DNA from: an uncultured archaeon
GTDB taxonomy: Archaea > Iainarchaeota > Iainarchaeia > Iainarchaeales > 1-14-0-10-31-34
Direction of reading: 5' to 3'
DNA: 60,809 nt
Assembly (NCBI GenBank): GCA_964442255.1
Contig: CAYTYC010000005.1
Location: forward strand, 1 to 60,809
In this document: one piece after another, positions 9,427 through 18,636 of the stretch
Layout of the letters: each line of letters begins with the position of its first letter
Numbering within the stretch: the first letter of the stretch is position 1
Translations under genes and position numbers: made by a program
The notes under the pieces: model-generated
The model's database searches: none
What the model was told of the DNA's origin: nothing
What the model saw: the letters and a program-made list of their open reading frames with translations, nothing else

Positions 9427-9877
9427 AAGAAAGCCCGCAAAAAAGGGAAAGAAAAGAACCGCAAAACACGCAAAAAAGGGGAAAACGGAAAAGGGAAAAG
9501 TGAAGAAAGCGGAGAAAAAAAGGCCCACGGAAAAGGGTTCAAAGGAAAAAGAAAAAACAAAAGAGAAAAGCAAGGCGGAAAAAAAGGAAAAGAAAACGGT
9601 TGACATTGCGGGAAGGCTTAAGGACTACGAAATTCTTTGGCATCCCCTGATATCGGAGAAGGCAATGAACGCGATTGAGGCCGAAAACAAGCTGACATTC
9701 ATTGTAAGCAGGAAGGCCTCAAAAGAAGAGGTAAAAAAGGCGGTGGAAGGGCTTTTTGAAGTTAAGGTTGACTCGGTGAGAGTTTTAAAGGACATGAAGG
9801 GAAGAAAAAAGGCGATGGTGAAAATAAACAGGGAATTCAAGGCAGAAGACATCGCGACCAGATTAGGGGTGATCTGA
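9413..9877 (+). CDS. rpl23: 50S ribosomal protein uL23 with a Lys-rich N-terminal extension
   Basis: HPLISEKAM, ENKLTFIV, IATRLGVI. Confidence 0.95.
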   Translation: MKKSERKPAKKGKKRTAKHAKKGKTEKGKVKKAEKKRPTEKGSKEKEKTKEKSKAEKKEKKTVDIAGRLKDYEILWHPLISEKAMNAIEAENKLTFIVSRKASKEEVKKAVEGLFEVKVDSVRVLKDMKGRKKAMVKINREFKAEDIATRLGVI

Positions 9878-9956
9878 ATGGGAAAAAAATATTATCACCC
9901 ATGTTTTGGTCAACCTTTTATTGAAAAGGTTGCAGGGGTAATCTGAATGGGAAAAA
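9865..9956 (+). repeat. REP-like hairpin (9904-9932) flanked by a 23-bp duplication of the rpl23/rpl2 junction
   Basis: AGGGGTGATCTGAATGGGAAAAA (9865-9887) and AGGGGTAATCTGAATGGGAAAAA (9934-9956) are 22/23 identical. Confidence 0.85.
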
Positions 9957-10669
9957 GAATCAAGTCACAGAAAGCGGGAAAAGGAAGCCCGACATTCAAG
10001 GCAACCCACAGGGCAAGGGTTGACCCAAAGTACAGGAATTACTCCGAAGAAGAAAAAAAAGGAATGCTGAAGGGTTCAATCACCGGAATATTGAATGATT
10101 TGGGAAACACTGCAACGCTTATGGAAGCCAGTTTTGATGGGAAAACGGAAACTATTATCGCCGCGGAAGGCGTTTTTGTTGGGCAGGAAATAAAGCAGGG
10201 GGCAAACGCGGACATGGCAATAGGGAACGTTGCCCCCCTGGGAAAGCTGCCTGAAGGGTGCCCTGTGTTCAACATTGAGCGGACGCCCGGAGACGGGGGC
10301 GCGTTTGCGAAGGGCTCCGGATTATACGGGTTGATTGTGACAAAAGACAGGAAAAATGTTTACGTGAAGCTTCCCTCCGGCTCAACCATTCCATTGAACC
10401 ACGAGTGCAGGGCGACAATCGGCTGCGCTGCAGGCGGGGGAAGAACGGAAAAGCCGATGGTGAAGGCGGGAGCGAATTACTTTAAAATGAAGGCTTTAAG
10501 CAGGCCCTATCCAAGCGTAAGGGGGGTTGCGATGAATCCCCCGGACCACCCTTTCGGGGGCTCGCAGCACCATCCCGGAAAATCAAAGAGCACGGCAAGA
10601 ACCGCTCCGCCGGGAAGAAAAGTCGGGGCGATTTCGTCAAAAAGGACCGGAAGGAAAAAAAAGAATTAA
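9947..10669 (+). CDS. rpl2: 50S ribosomal protein uL2
   Basis: MGKRIKSQKAG, VRGVAMNPPDHPFGG, APPGRKVG. Confidence 0.98.
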   Translation: MGKRIKSQKAGKGSPTFKATHRARVDPKYRNYSEEEKKGMLKGSITGILNDLGNTATLMEASFDGKTETIIAAEGVFVGQEIKQGANADMAIGNVAPLGKLPEGCPVFNIERTPGDGGAFAKGSGLYGLIVTKDRKNVYVKLPSGSTIPLNHECRATIGCAAGGGRTEKPMVKAGANYFKMKALSRPYPSVRGVAMNPPDHPFGGSQHHPGKSKSTARTAPPGRKVGAISSKRTGRKKKN

Positions 10670-10694
10670 AGGCTTTGGCAAAAGGTGAAAGCAC

Positions 10695-11102
10695 ATGGTT
10701 GCAAAAAAAGAGTTTACTTTCAGGGGAAAAACAATGGACGAACTCAAAAAAATGAGCATTGAAGAGTTCGCAAAGCTGTGCAACGCGAGGGCAAGGAGAA
10801 GCCTGCAAAGGGGATTCAACAAAACCCTGGAAAAAAACATTGAAGACGCCATAAAAGTTGGAGGGGACGGAAAAAAGCCCAAAATCGTGAGAACCCATTT
10901 AAGGGACACAGTGATAATCCCGAAAATGGTGGGGCTGACTTTCCAGGTTTACAAGGGAAAAGAATGGGAAACCCGCACCATTGAACAGGAAATGCTGGGC
11001 CACTATCTCGGTGAACTGGCGTTGACCAGAAAAAGGCTTGTGCACGGAAAAGCGGGAATAGGCGCAACAAGGAGCAGCACCGCGATAACCGCAAGAGGCT
11101 GA
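10695..11102 (+). CDS. rps19: 30S ribosomal protein uS19
   Basis: FTFRGK, RTHLRD, MLGHYLGE, GIGATRSS. Confidence 0.97.
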   Translation: MVAKKEFTFRGKTMDELKKMSIEEFAKLCNARARRSLQRGFNKTLEKNIEDAIKVGGDGKKPKIVRTHLRDTVIIPKMVGLTFQVYKGKEWETRTIEQEMLGHYLGELALTRKRLVHGKAGIGATRSSTAITARG

Positions 11103-11107
11103 ATAAA

Positions 11108-11575
11108 ATGAAAAGAGATTACTCAACCGAAATCATTAACCAGGAGCAAACCGCAAAGGCCTTGCTTGTAAACCAGCCGGCTTCACGGAAATACAGCGTG
11201 GAGATTGCGAGGGAAATACGGGGAAAAAAGGTTTCAAGCGCGGAAAAAAGGCTTCAGAAAATCCTTGAAAAAAAGGAGTTCCTTCCCTTGAGGAGATTCA
11301 ACAAAAAGGTTGCGCACAGAAAAGGAAACGCGAAAAGCAACGTGAAGTCCGGAAGATACCCCCAAAAAACGGTGAAAATTTTCCGGTCACTCCTGGGATT
11401 GGTGAAGGCAAACGCAGACTACAAAGGGCTGGATTCAGAAAACCTTTTGATAGAGCACATAGCGGCCTCGGAAGGCTTCAGCAGGGTTTCATACCAGTCC
11501 CAGGGAAGGATTGCCGGAAAAAGAAGGAAAAGAAAATCAACAAACCTGGAGATAGTCGTGAGGGAATCAAAGTGA
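11108..11575 (+). CDS. rpl22: 50S ribosomal protein uL22
   Basis: VAHRKG, GRYPQK, NADYKGLD; operon position. Confidence 0.96.
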   Translation: MKRDYSTEIINQEQTAKALLVNQPASRKYSVEIAREIRGKKVSSAEKRLQKILEKKEFLPLRRFNKKVAHRKGNAKSNVKSGRYPQKTVKIFRSLLGLVKANADYKGLDSENLLIEHIAASEGFSRVSYQSQGRIAGKRRKRKSTNLEIVVRESK

Positions 11576-12525
11576 TTGAACGGAGTTTCGTTAAACAGGG
11601 AATCAAAAGGATTGAACTGGAGAAATACCTGAAAAGCAACCTGGAAAAAGCCGGCTTTACCAGGGCAGAATTAATGAAAACCCCGCTTGTCACAAGGATT
11701 GTGGTTAATGTTTCCAGGCCGGGGCTTGCGATAGGGAAAGGCGGGCAAAACATCAGGAAATTAACCGAAGAAATAGGGCAAAAATTCGGGATAGACAACC
11801 CGCAGCTGGAAATAAAGGAAATAGAGGTCCCGGAACTGGACGCGCAGGCAATGGCGGACAAAATGAAGAATCTGATGGAGCGCGGCTATTCTTGGAGAAG
11901 CGTGGCCTACAGGAGCCTCAGGGACATCACAAGGGCACACGCGCAGGGCGCGGAAATACTGCTTTCCGGCGCGCTTGCGGGAAAAGGCCAGAGAAAAAGA
12001 AAGCAAAGGATTGCGGAAGGGTACATGAAAAAAGTCGGGGACCAGACAAGGCTCGTGGACCGGGCAAAGGCAGACGCCTACACCAAAATAGGCGCAATCG
12101 GAGTAAAGGTAAGGATAGTCAAGCCGGGGGTCGTGTTCCCGGACAAGGTTGTTGGGAAAAAAATGCTTCCAAAAGAGCCGGAAGAAGAAAAAGAAGCTGA
12201 AGAAGAAGCGGAGGAAAAAGAAAAAAAGGAAGAAACCGGAAAGCCGGCGGAAGAAAAGGCGGAAAAGAAAGGCGGAACCAAAGGAAAGGAAGAAAACGGG
12301 CCCATAAAAAAGGAGGCAAAAGAAGGAAAAGAAAAAACAGGCAAAAAAACGGAAAAAAAGGAAGAGCCAAAAAAAGAAAACGGGAAAGAAAAAAAAGAAA
12401 AAGAATTGAAGGAAAAAAAGCCCGCGGAAAAAGAAGAAGGGAAAAAAACGGAAGAAAAAAAGGAAAGCCGGGGAAAAAAGCTTTTGCAAAAGGTTTTGCG
12501 CGGAAAAAAAGAGGAAAAAAAGTGA
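11572..12525 (+). CDS. rps3: 30S ribosomal protein uS3 with a ~120-aa Lys/Glu-rich C-terminal tail
   Basis: KH motif RPGLAIGKGG, GYMKKVG, GAIGVKVRI. Confidence 0.97.
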   Translation: MIERSFVKQGIKRIELEKYLKSNLEKAGFTRAELMKTPLVTRIVVNVSRPGLAIGKGGQNIRKLTEEIGQKFGIDNPQLEIKEIEVPELDAQAMADKMKNLMERGYSWRSVAYRSLRDITRAHAQGAEILLSGALAGKGQRKRKQRIAEGYMKKVGDQTRLVDRAKADAYTKIGAIGVKVRIVKPGVVFPDKVVGKKMLPKEPEEEKEAEEEAEEKEKKEETGKPAEEKAEKKGGTKGKEENGPIKKEAKEGKEKTGKKTEKKEEPKKENGKEKKEKELKEKKPAEKEEGKKTEEKKESRGKKLLQKVLRGKKEEKK

Positions 12526-12530
12526 TTTGA

Positions 12531-12755
12531 ATGGCTTCAAGGGTGGATGAGTTAAGGGAAATGGGAAAAAGCGACCTGGAGGAAAGGCTGCTGGAATTGA
12601 GGGCAGGGCTTTCAAAGGAAAAGGCGCTGATAAGCTCGGGAACAAGGGCGGAAAACCCAGGAAAAATAAAGAAAATGAGGAGAATGATTGCAAGGATTTT
12701 GACGGTTATGCGGGAAAAAGAAACCGGAAAAAACGGGGTGAAAAAAGGAAAATGA
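12531..12755 (+). CDS. rpl29: 50S ribosomal protein uL29
   Basis: ELREM, ENPGKIKKMRRMIARILT. Confidence 0.95.
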   Translation: MASRVDELREMGKSDLEERLLELRAGLSKEKALISSGTRAENPGKIKKMRRMIARILTVMREKETGKNGVKKGK

Positions 12756-13054
12756 ACGAAGTTTGCCCGAACTGCGGGCTGCCCAAAAATTTGTGCGTAT
12801 GCGGGGAAATAGCGAAAGAATCGCAGAAAATAAAGATACGCACCGCAAGGAGAAGGTTCGGAAAAATAATCACAACCGTAACGGGGCTGGAAAACGAGGA
12901 AAGGGCGAAAGAGCTCGGAAAAATGCTGAAAAAAAGGCTTGCCTGCGGGGGAACCTTCAAGGAAAAAGAAATAGAGCTGCAGGGAAAGCACTCAAAAAAA
13001 GTCAAGGAAATACTGCTCAAGGAAGGATACAGGGAGGGGCAAATAGATGCTTGA
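12752..13054 (+). CDS. sui1: Translation initiation factor aIF1 (SUI1)
   Basis: CPNCGLP zinc knuckle, LACGGT, IELQG. Confidence 0.96.
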   Translation: MNEVCPNCGLPKNLCVCGEIAKESQKIKIRTARRRFGKIITTVTGLENEERAKELGKMLKKRLACGGTFKEKEIELQGKHSKKVKEILLKEGYREGQIDA

Positions 13055-13367
13055 AAGGAAAGGAAAATACCGCATTACGCGCGAAAACCTCGCAAGCCAC
13101 GAGCTCAACGGGCTGAAAACACTGGTTTTAAAATCAGCGGACGCAGGAAGAAAAAGGCAGGGAAAAATCGTGAAAGAAACAAAAAACACTTTTGTGCTGG
13201 AAACCGGGAAAGGAAAAGAAAAAATTTTCCCAAAAAAAGAATGCGAATTCGAGTTTTCCCTGGGAAAAGAAAAGGCAAGGCTGAACGGGAAAAGCCTTTT
13301 GTTCAGGCCCGAAGACCGGGTGAAAGAAAATTACGGAAAAATTGCGGGAGGAAACTTGAATGGCTGA
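13047..13367 (+). CDS. rnp1: RNase P protein subunit Rpp29
   Basis: HELNGL, GKIVKETKNT, RPEDRVK; conserved operon position. Confidence 0.93.
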   Translation: MLERKGKYRITRENLASHELNGLKTLVLKSADAGRKRQGKIVKETKNTFVLETGKGKEKIFPKKECEFEFSLGKEKARLNGKSLLFRPEDRVKENYGKIAGGNLNG

Positions 13368-13665
13368 ATGCACCGACCCAAAATGCGCTGTCCACGGAAA
13401 AATAAAGGCAAGGGGAAACATTTTCACCGGAAAAGTGGAAAGCGCAAAATCCGACAAAACGGTTTCCGTTAAAAGGTTCCTAACGCACTACATCCCAAAA
13501 TACGAGAGACGCAAAAAAGTCGTTTCAGTAATCAGGGCCCACAACCCGGCATGCATAGGCGCAAAGGAAGGCGAATGGGTGAAGCTGGGGGAAACAAGAA
13601 AAATAAGCAAAACAAAAAGCTTTGTTGTGCTGAAAAAAATCACGAAAGAAGAGGAAAAAAAATGA
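13360..13665 (+). CDS. rps17: 30S ribosomal protein uS17
   Basis: CTDPKCAVHG, YIPKYER, AHNPAC, ISKTKSFVV. Confidence 0.96.
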   Translation: MAECTDPKCAVHGKIKARGNIFTGKVESAKSDKTVSVKRFLTHYIPKYERRKKVVSVIRAHNPACIGAKEGEWVKLGETRKISKTKSFVVLKKITKEEEKK

Positions 13666-14060
13666 AGGCAATGAGCGCATTTCCGGTGAAAAGCCTGAGC
13701 CAAAAAAGCAGGTGCGTTTGCGCGGACAACAGCGGGGCAAAAGAACTGGAAATAATAAGCGTGATAGGCTTCAAGACAAGGAAAAGAATGAACCCAAAAG
13801 CGGGGATAGGGGACATGGTTAACGTGGTGGTAAAAAAAGGAAAACCGGACATAAGGAAAAAAGTTGAAAGGGCAGTCATTGTGCGCGTGAAAAAAGAGTA
13901 CAGGAGAGGCGACGGCACAAGGGTTAAATTTGAGGACAACGCGGCGGTTTTAACCGACGACAAAGGCCTCCCCAAAGGCTCGGAAATAAAAGGCGCAATC
14001 GCAAAAGAAGTTGGGGAAAGGTTTCCAAAAATTGCGGGAATCGCTTCCGCAATAGTTTAA
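13662..14060 (+). CDS. rpl14: 50S ribosomal protein uL14
   Basis: CADNSGAK, VKFEDNAAV, PKGSEIKG; ATG at 13662 overlaps the rps17 stop. Confidence 0.97.
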   Translation: MKAMSAFPVKSLSQKSRCVCADNSGAKELEIISVIGFKTRKRMNPKAGIGDMVNVVVKKGKPDIRKKVERAVIVRVKKEYRRGDGTRVKFEDNAAVLTDDKGLPKGSEIKGAIAKEVGERFPKIAGIASAIV

Positions 14061-14078
14061 AAAGGCGGGAAAAAAAAA

Positions 14079-14471
14079 ATGGAAAGCGGCAAGCCAAAAA
14101 AGCAGAGAAAAAAGGCCTTCACAGGAAAGCTCCACAAAAAAAAGAAATCCCTGCACGCAATGCTGGGAAATGCGCTGAGAAAAGAGTACGGAAAAAAAAG
14201 CGCCATGGTGAGGGCGGAAGACAAGGTCAAGGTTTTGCGCGGAAAATTCAGGGGAAAAGAAGGAAAAGTCACAAAGGCGCTTCACAAGAAAGGCACGGTA
14301 TTCATTGAAAAAATCACGCGAAAAAAATCCGACGGAACAGAGATTCAGGTGCCGATAAAAGCGTCCAACCTTATGGTAACCCAGCTTTTTTTGGACGACG
14401 AAAGAAGGCTTAAAAGGGCCGGAAGGAAAGGGAAAGGAAAAAAGGCTGAAAAAGGAAAAGAGGGGAAGTGA
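14079..14471 (+). CDS. rpl24: 50S ribosomal protein uL24
   Basis: KPKKQRK, DKVKVLRGKFRGKEGKV KOW motif, ASNLMV. Confidence 0.96.
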   Translation: MESGKPKKQRKKAFTGKLHKKKKSLHAMLGNALRKEYGKKSAMVRAEDKVKVLRGKFRGKEGKVTKALHKKGTVFIEKITRKKSDGTEIQVPIKASNLMVTQLFLDDERRLKRAGRKGKGKKAEKGKEGK

Positions 14472-15212
14472 ATGGCGAAAAAAGGCGAAAAGAAATCGGA
14501 AAAAAGGCTGGTGACCGCGAAAACAAGCAGGCTGTTGAGGAAAAAAAACAAGTGGGCGGCAAAAACAAGGTGCGGAACGCACAGGAAAAAGGACTCGGTT
14601 TCGCTGGCATATGTTTTAAGGGACATTTTGGGGGCGGCGTCAAACGCAAGGGAAGTGAAAAGAATACTGCATGAAGGCGCGGTGAAAGTGAATGGAAAGG
14701 CAAGAAGGGACAAAAACTTTTCGGTAGGGCTGTTCGACGTTTTAAGCATTGAAAAAGAAAACAAAAACTATCTTGCGGTGTACGACTCCAAAAGAAGGAT
14801 TGAATTGAAGGAAACTGGAAAAGAGCACGCAACATTCAGGCTTGCAAAGGCGGAATTCAAGAGAGCCGCAAAAAAGGGAAAAATACAGGTCACTGCCTCG
14901 GACGGCACAACGGTTTTCCAGGGAAAAGGAAAAATCTCAGGCGGGGACACGATTAAGCTGAAGCTTCCCGACAACAAGGTTCTTGGGGTCTATCCGCTGG
15001 AAAAAAACGCGAGGGCATTTATTTCAGGCGGACGGCACACCGCAGCAGTCGGAAACGTGAAGGAAATAATTCCGGGAACCGCGAGAAGGGAAAAAATGTT
15101 TGAAGTCCGGCAGGGAAAAAACAGCTTCAGGGTGAGCGCAAAAAACATCATGGCAATAGGCGAAGAATACAAGAAAGTCAAGGGAGGAATCGGAAACGAG
15201 GAATCCGGTTAA
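14472..15212 (+). CDS. rps4e: 30S ribosomal protein eS4
   Basis: LRDILG...REVKRIL, VGLFDV, GGRHT; operon position. Confidence 0.95.
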   Translation: MAKKGEKKSEKRLVTAKTSRLLRKKNKWAAKTRCGTHRKKDSVSLAYVLRDILGAASNAREVKRILHEGAVKVNGKARRDKNFSVGLFDVLSIEKENKNYLAVYDSKRRIELKETGKEHATFRLAKAEFKRAAKKGKIQVTASDGTTVFQGKGKISGGDTIKLKLPDNKVLGVYPLEKNARAFISGGRHTAAVGNVKEIIPGTARREKMFEVRQGKNSFRVSAKNIMAIGEEYKKVKGGIGNEESG

Positions 15213-15225
15213 AGGTGGAAAAAAA

Positions 15226-15747
15226 ATGGAAAACAATGAAAACCCCATGCGGGCGCTGCGCATTGAAAAGGTTGTCGTAAACATGGGTGTGGGAGAAGGA
15301 GGGGAAGAATTGAAAAAATCCCGGGAAGTAATAGAAAAAATCACGGACTCAAAGGCGGTGCAGACAATCTGCAGAGTAAAGCAGCCCAAATGGGGAATAA
15401 GGGAAGGCCTCCCGATAGGGCTGAAGGTTACGCTCAGGAACCAGAAGGCAAAAAGCTTTCTTGAAGACGCATTAAAGGCAAAGGGAAATGAATTGAAGAA
15501 AAAAAGCTTTGACCACAACGGAAACTTCGGCTTCGGGATAAAGGAGCACATTGATTTGCCGAAGGCAAAATACGACCCAAATCTCGGGATACGGGGCTTT
15601 GATGTGCTGGTTTCGCTGGAAAGGAAAGGATTCAGGGTAAAAAAAAGGAAAAACAATTCGGCGAGAATCTCAAAAAAGCACCGCATTCCCCAAAAAGAGG
15701 CGGCAGAATTCATGAGAAACGAGTTCGGGGCGGAAATAAATGGTTGA
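15226..15747 (+). CDS. rpl5: 50S ribosomal protein uL5
   Basis: [34 protein letters not shown]. Confidence 0.97.
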   Translation: MENNENPMRALRIEKVVVNMGVGEGGEELKKSREVIEKITDSKAVQTICRVKQPKWGIREGLPIGLKVTLRNQKAKSFLEDALKAKGNELKKKSFDHNGNFGFGIKEHIDLPKAKYDPNLGIRGFDVLVSLERKGFRVKKRKNNSARISKKHRIPQKEAAEFMRNEFGAEING

Positions 15748-15874
15748 CAAGAGAAAAATGGTCTGCATATTCTGCGGAAACCCGCGCGGGCTGATAAGGA
15801 AATACGACATACGAATGTGCAGGCGATGCTTCAAGGAAAACGCGGAAAAGATTGGATTCAAAAAACTCGGTTAA
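15740..15874 (+). CDS. rps14: 30S ribosomal protein uS14 (Zn type, 44 aa; not in the supplied ORF track)
   Basis: Translates as [44 protein letters not shown]; lies between rpl5 and rps8. Confidence 0.95.
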   Translation: MVDKRKMVCIFCGNPRGLIRKYDIRMCRRCFKENAEKIGFKKLG

Positions 15875-15918
15875 GGTGAAAAAAATTTGGAAAAAAAATC
15901 AAAAAAAGGTGGGATGAA

Positions 15919-16311
15919 ATGAGTTTGGTTGACCCCGTGTCGGACGCGCTGGTGAACATCAAAAACCACGAGATGGCTGCAAAAAAGGAGTGCACCTTCC
16001 GCCCCGCGTCAAAGCTCCTGAAAGAAATCCTCAAAGTAATGCAGAAAAACAATTACGTCGGAAAATTTGAGTTCATTGATGACAACAGGGAAGGGCTCTT
16101 CAAGGTGGAACTGAAGGGAACAATAAACGACTGCAGGGCAATAAAGCCGAGGTATGCGGTCAAAAAAAATGAATTCGAAAAATTCGAGAAACGGTATCTT
16201 CCCTCAAGGGATTTGGGGATACTGATAGTGTCAACCCCGCAAGGAGTCAAAAGCCACAAGGAAACAAAAAAACTCGGCGTGGGAGGAAGGCTGCTGGCCT
16301 ACATATATTAA
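15919..16311 (+). CDS. rps8: 30S ribosomal protein uS8
   Basis: [32 protein letters not shown]. Confidence 0.97.
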   Translation: MSLVDPVSDALVNIKNHEMAAKKECTFRPASKLLKEILKVMQKNNYVGKFEFIDDNREGLFKVELKGTINDCRAIKPRYAVKKNEFEKFEKRYLPSRDLGILIVSTPQGVKSHKETKKLGVGGRLLAYIY

Positions 16312-16329
16312 AGGAAGCTGTGAAAAAAA

Positions 16330-16899
16330 ATGCCCGGAAAAAAAGCAACCGAAAAAACCGTGGAATTCCCTGAAGGGACTGAAATAGAAGTAGAGGGCAG
16401 AACGATTAAGGCAAAGCTCAATGGAAAAGAGGCAGGCAAAAAATACAAGTTTTCAAGGATAAAATTCTCAAAAAAAGGCAATTCGGTTGTGCTGAAGGCA
16501 AAAACCTCGGACAAAAAAATGCTTGCAACACTGAACAGCGTGGCATCCAATGTAAAGAACCTGGCGGAAGGGCTGGAAAAAGGGTACAAATACAGGCTTG
16601 CAGTGGTTTACTCGCACTTTCCCATGAATGTGGCGGTAAAAGACGGTTTCGTGGAGATAAGCAATTTCACCGGAGAAAAAAAGGCAAGGAAAGCAAGGAT
16701 AGTGGACGGCGCGGAAGTGCAGGTCAAAGGAAAAGAGGTTGAGGTAAAAGGCATAGACAAAGAGGCCGTCGGGCAGACCGCGGCAAACATTGAAAAGGCG
16801 ACAAAAATCTCCGGACGGGACAAAAGGGTTTTCCAGGACGGAATTTACCTCACTGAAAAAGGCTTTGCAGAAGAAAAAAGGCAGGAAAAGGCGGCATAA
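16330..16899 (+). CDS. rpl6: 50S ribosomal protein uL6
   Basis: YSHFPM, NFTGEK, VGQTAANIE, DKRVFQDGIY. Confidence 0.97.
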   Translation: MPGKKATEKTVEFPEGTEIEVEGRTIKAKLNGKEAGKKYKFSRIKFSKKGNSVVLKAKTSDKKMLATLNSVASNVKNLAEGLEKGYKYRLAVVYSHFPMNVAVKDGFVEISNFTGEKKARKARIVDGAEVQVKGKEVEVKGIDKEAVGQTAANIEKATKISGRDKRVFQDGIYLTEKGFAEEKRQEKAA

Positions 16900-16913
16900 A
16901 AAAAGGTGGCAAA

Positions 16914-17582
16914 ATGGCGGAAAAGAAAAAAACCGGAAAAAGAGGAAAAAAAGAAAAATCAGGCAAGGCAGGGAAAACGGCAGTGAAGAAAGCGGAAAAA
17001 AAGAAGGAAAAGAAAAAAGCGGCAGAAAAAAAGGGAACGGGAAAGAAGGCGGGAGAAAAAAAAGAAAAACCAAAAGAAAAGGGAAAGGAAACGGGGAAAA
17101 AAGAAAAGGCAGAAAAAAGTGAAGAAAAAGTCACTGAAAAGGCGGGAAAAAAAGAGGAAAAAAAGAGAAAAGAAAAGGAAAAACCCAAAGCAAAAGCGAA
17201 GGCAAAAAAAACAAGGGAAGTGCTGGAAAAAATCAAGCTAATCAGGAAAAAAAGAAGGCTCCCCGTTTTCAGGGGAAGGTTCGGAAAAAAAAGCGTAAGA
17301 AAAGTCAACAAAAAGAAATGGAAAAAATGGAGGAAAGCCCGCGGAATAGACATCAAACACAATAAAGAGGACGGGGCGATAGTGAAAACGGGCTACAGGG
17401 CAGCCAAAAAAATCCGCGGAACCCATCCCTGCGGTTACGGGGAAGTTCTGGTGAAAACGACCGCAGAATTAAGAGGCCTTCCGGAAGAAACAGCAATAAG
17501 GATTTCAGGAAAGCTGGGAAAAAAGAAAAGAAAAGAATTGGTTAAGGAAGCCAACAAAATGGGGGCAAAAATACTGAATTAG
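16914..17582 (+). CDS. rpl32e: 50S ribosomal protein eL32 with a ~100-aa Lys/Glu-rich N-terminal extension
   Basis: KWRKARGID, GYR...RGTHPCGY, KILN. Confidence 0.93.
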   Translation: MAEKKKTGKRGKKEKSGKAGKTAVKKAEKKKEKKKAAEKKGTGKKAGEKKEKPKEKGKETGKKEKAEKSEEKVTEKAGKKEEKKRKEKEKPKAKAKAKKTREVLEKIKLIRKKRRLPVFRGRFGKKSVRKVNKKKWKKWRKARGIDIKHNKEDGAIVKTGYRAAKKIRGTHPCGYGEVLVKTTAELRGLPEETAIRISGKLGKKKRKELVKEANKMGAKILN

Positions 17583-17591
17583 GTGGAAAAA

Positions 17592-18047
17592 ATGGAGCAA
17601 AAAAAGGCAAAGGAAACCGCAGCAAAAATACTGAAAACAGGAAAAGACAAGGTTTGGCTGGATTCCACGCGGGCGGAAAAAATAAAGGAAGCGCTTACAA
17701 AAGACGACGTGAGGGCGCTGATAAAGGAAAAAACAATCAAAAAGAAAAAGCCCCCCCACCAAAGCAAGGCAAGGGCAAGAAAGCTGAAGGAAAAAAAGAA
17801 AAAAGGAAGAAAAAGGGGGCACGGGAAAAGGGGAGGCACAAAAAAGGCCAGGGAAAAAAGAAAAAAACAGTGGATAAAAAAGGTGCGCGCGCAAAGGAAG
17901 GCGCTGAAAGAGCTGAAGAAAAAAACAAAACTCAGGAAAGGGGAATACTCAAAGATTTACAGGAGGATAAAAGGCGGATACTTCAAAGGAAAAAAATACG
18001 TTGCCGCGGGCGCGGAAAAAACGAAAAAGGTGAAAAAGCGTGGCTGA
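17592..18047 (+). CDS. rpl19e: 50S ribosomal protein eL19
   Basis: AAKILKTGKDKVWLD, GHGKRGG, WIKKVRAQR, YRRIKGGYF. Confidence 0.95.
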   Translation: MEQKKAKETAAKILKTGKDKVWLDSTRAEKIKEALTKDDVRALIKEKTIKKKKPPHQSKARARKLKEKKKKGRKRGHGKRGGTKKAREKRKKQWIKKVRAQRKALKELKKKTKLRKGEYSKIYRRIKGGYFKGKKYVAAGAEKTKKVKKRG

Positions 18048-18636
18048 AAAAGCAACACACAAGGTTCCCTTCAGGAGGAGAAGGGAAAAGAAAACAGATT
18101 ACCGGAAAAGGCTTGCGTCAGTGAAGTCAGGGAAGCCAAAAATGGTTGTAAGGAAATCAAATAAAAGCGTGCTGGGGCAGGTAATCCAGTACAGCCCGAA
18201 AGGGGACAAAACGCTTGTGCACTGCAGCTCAAGGGAACTGAAAAAACTGGGGTGGAACCTTTCGCTCAAAAACATTCCCGCCGCCTACTTAACCGGATTA
18301 ATGCTGGGGGTGAAGGCAAAAAAGAAAAACATTTACGACGCGGTTCCGGACATTGGCATGGCAACACCGGTGCATGGCTCCGCGGTTTTTGCCGCCGTCA
18401 AGGGAGCGGCGGACGCGGGAATGAAGGTTGCGCTGGACAAAAAGGCGGCCCCAAAAGAGGAAAGGATAAAAGGAAAACACATTGAATCATACAAAAAGGA
18501 AAAAAAGGCAAGTGAGGCATTTGAAAACACGAAAAAAAAGATTCTCAAAGACTCCCCGGAAATCGGGAAAGAAAAAAAGGACGAAGCCATGAATGCTTCG
18601 GCTTCAGCTGCGGAAAGCGGCAAGGAAGGTGAATGA
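18040..18636 (+). CDS. rpl18: 50S ribosomal protein uL18
   Basis: FRRRREKKTDY, NIPAAYLTG, KGAADAG. Confidence 0.96.
   Translation: MAEKATHKVPFRRRREKKTDYRKRLASVKSGKPKMVVRKSNKSVLGQVIQYSPKGDKTLVHCSSRELKKLGWNLSLKNIPAAYLTGLMLGVKAKKKNIYDAVPDIGMATPVHGSAVFAAVKGAADAGMKVALDKKAAPKEERIKGKHIESYKKEKKASEAFENTKKKILKDSPEIGKEKKDEAMNASASAAESGKEGE

Noticed and set aside
12477..12505. AAAGCTTTT-GC-AAAAGGTTT hairpin in the rps3 tail as an intragenic REP-like copy
   Set aside because: It lacks the TTTTG foot, is imperfect, and can arise by chance in A-rich coding sequence.
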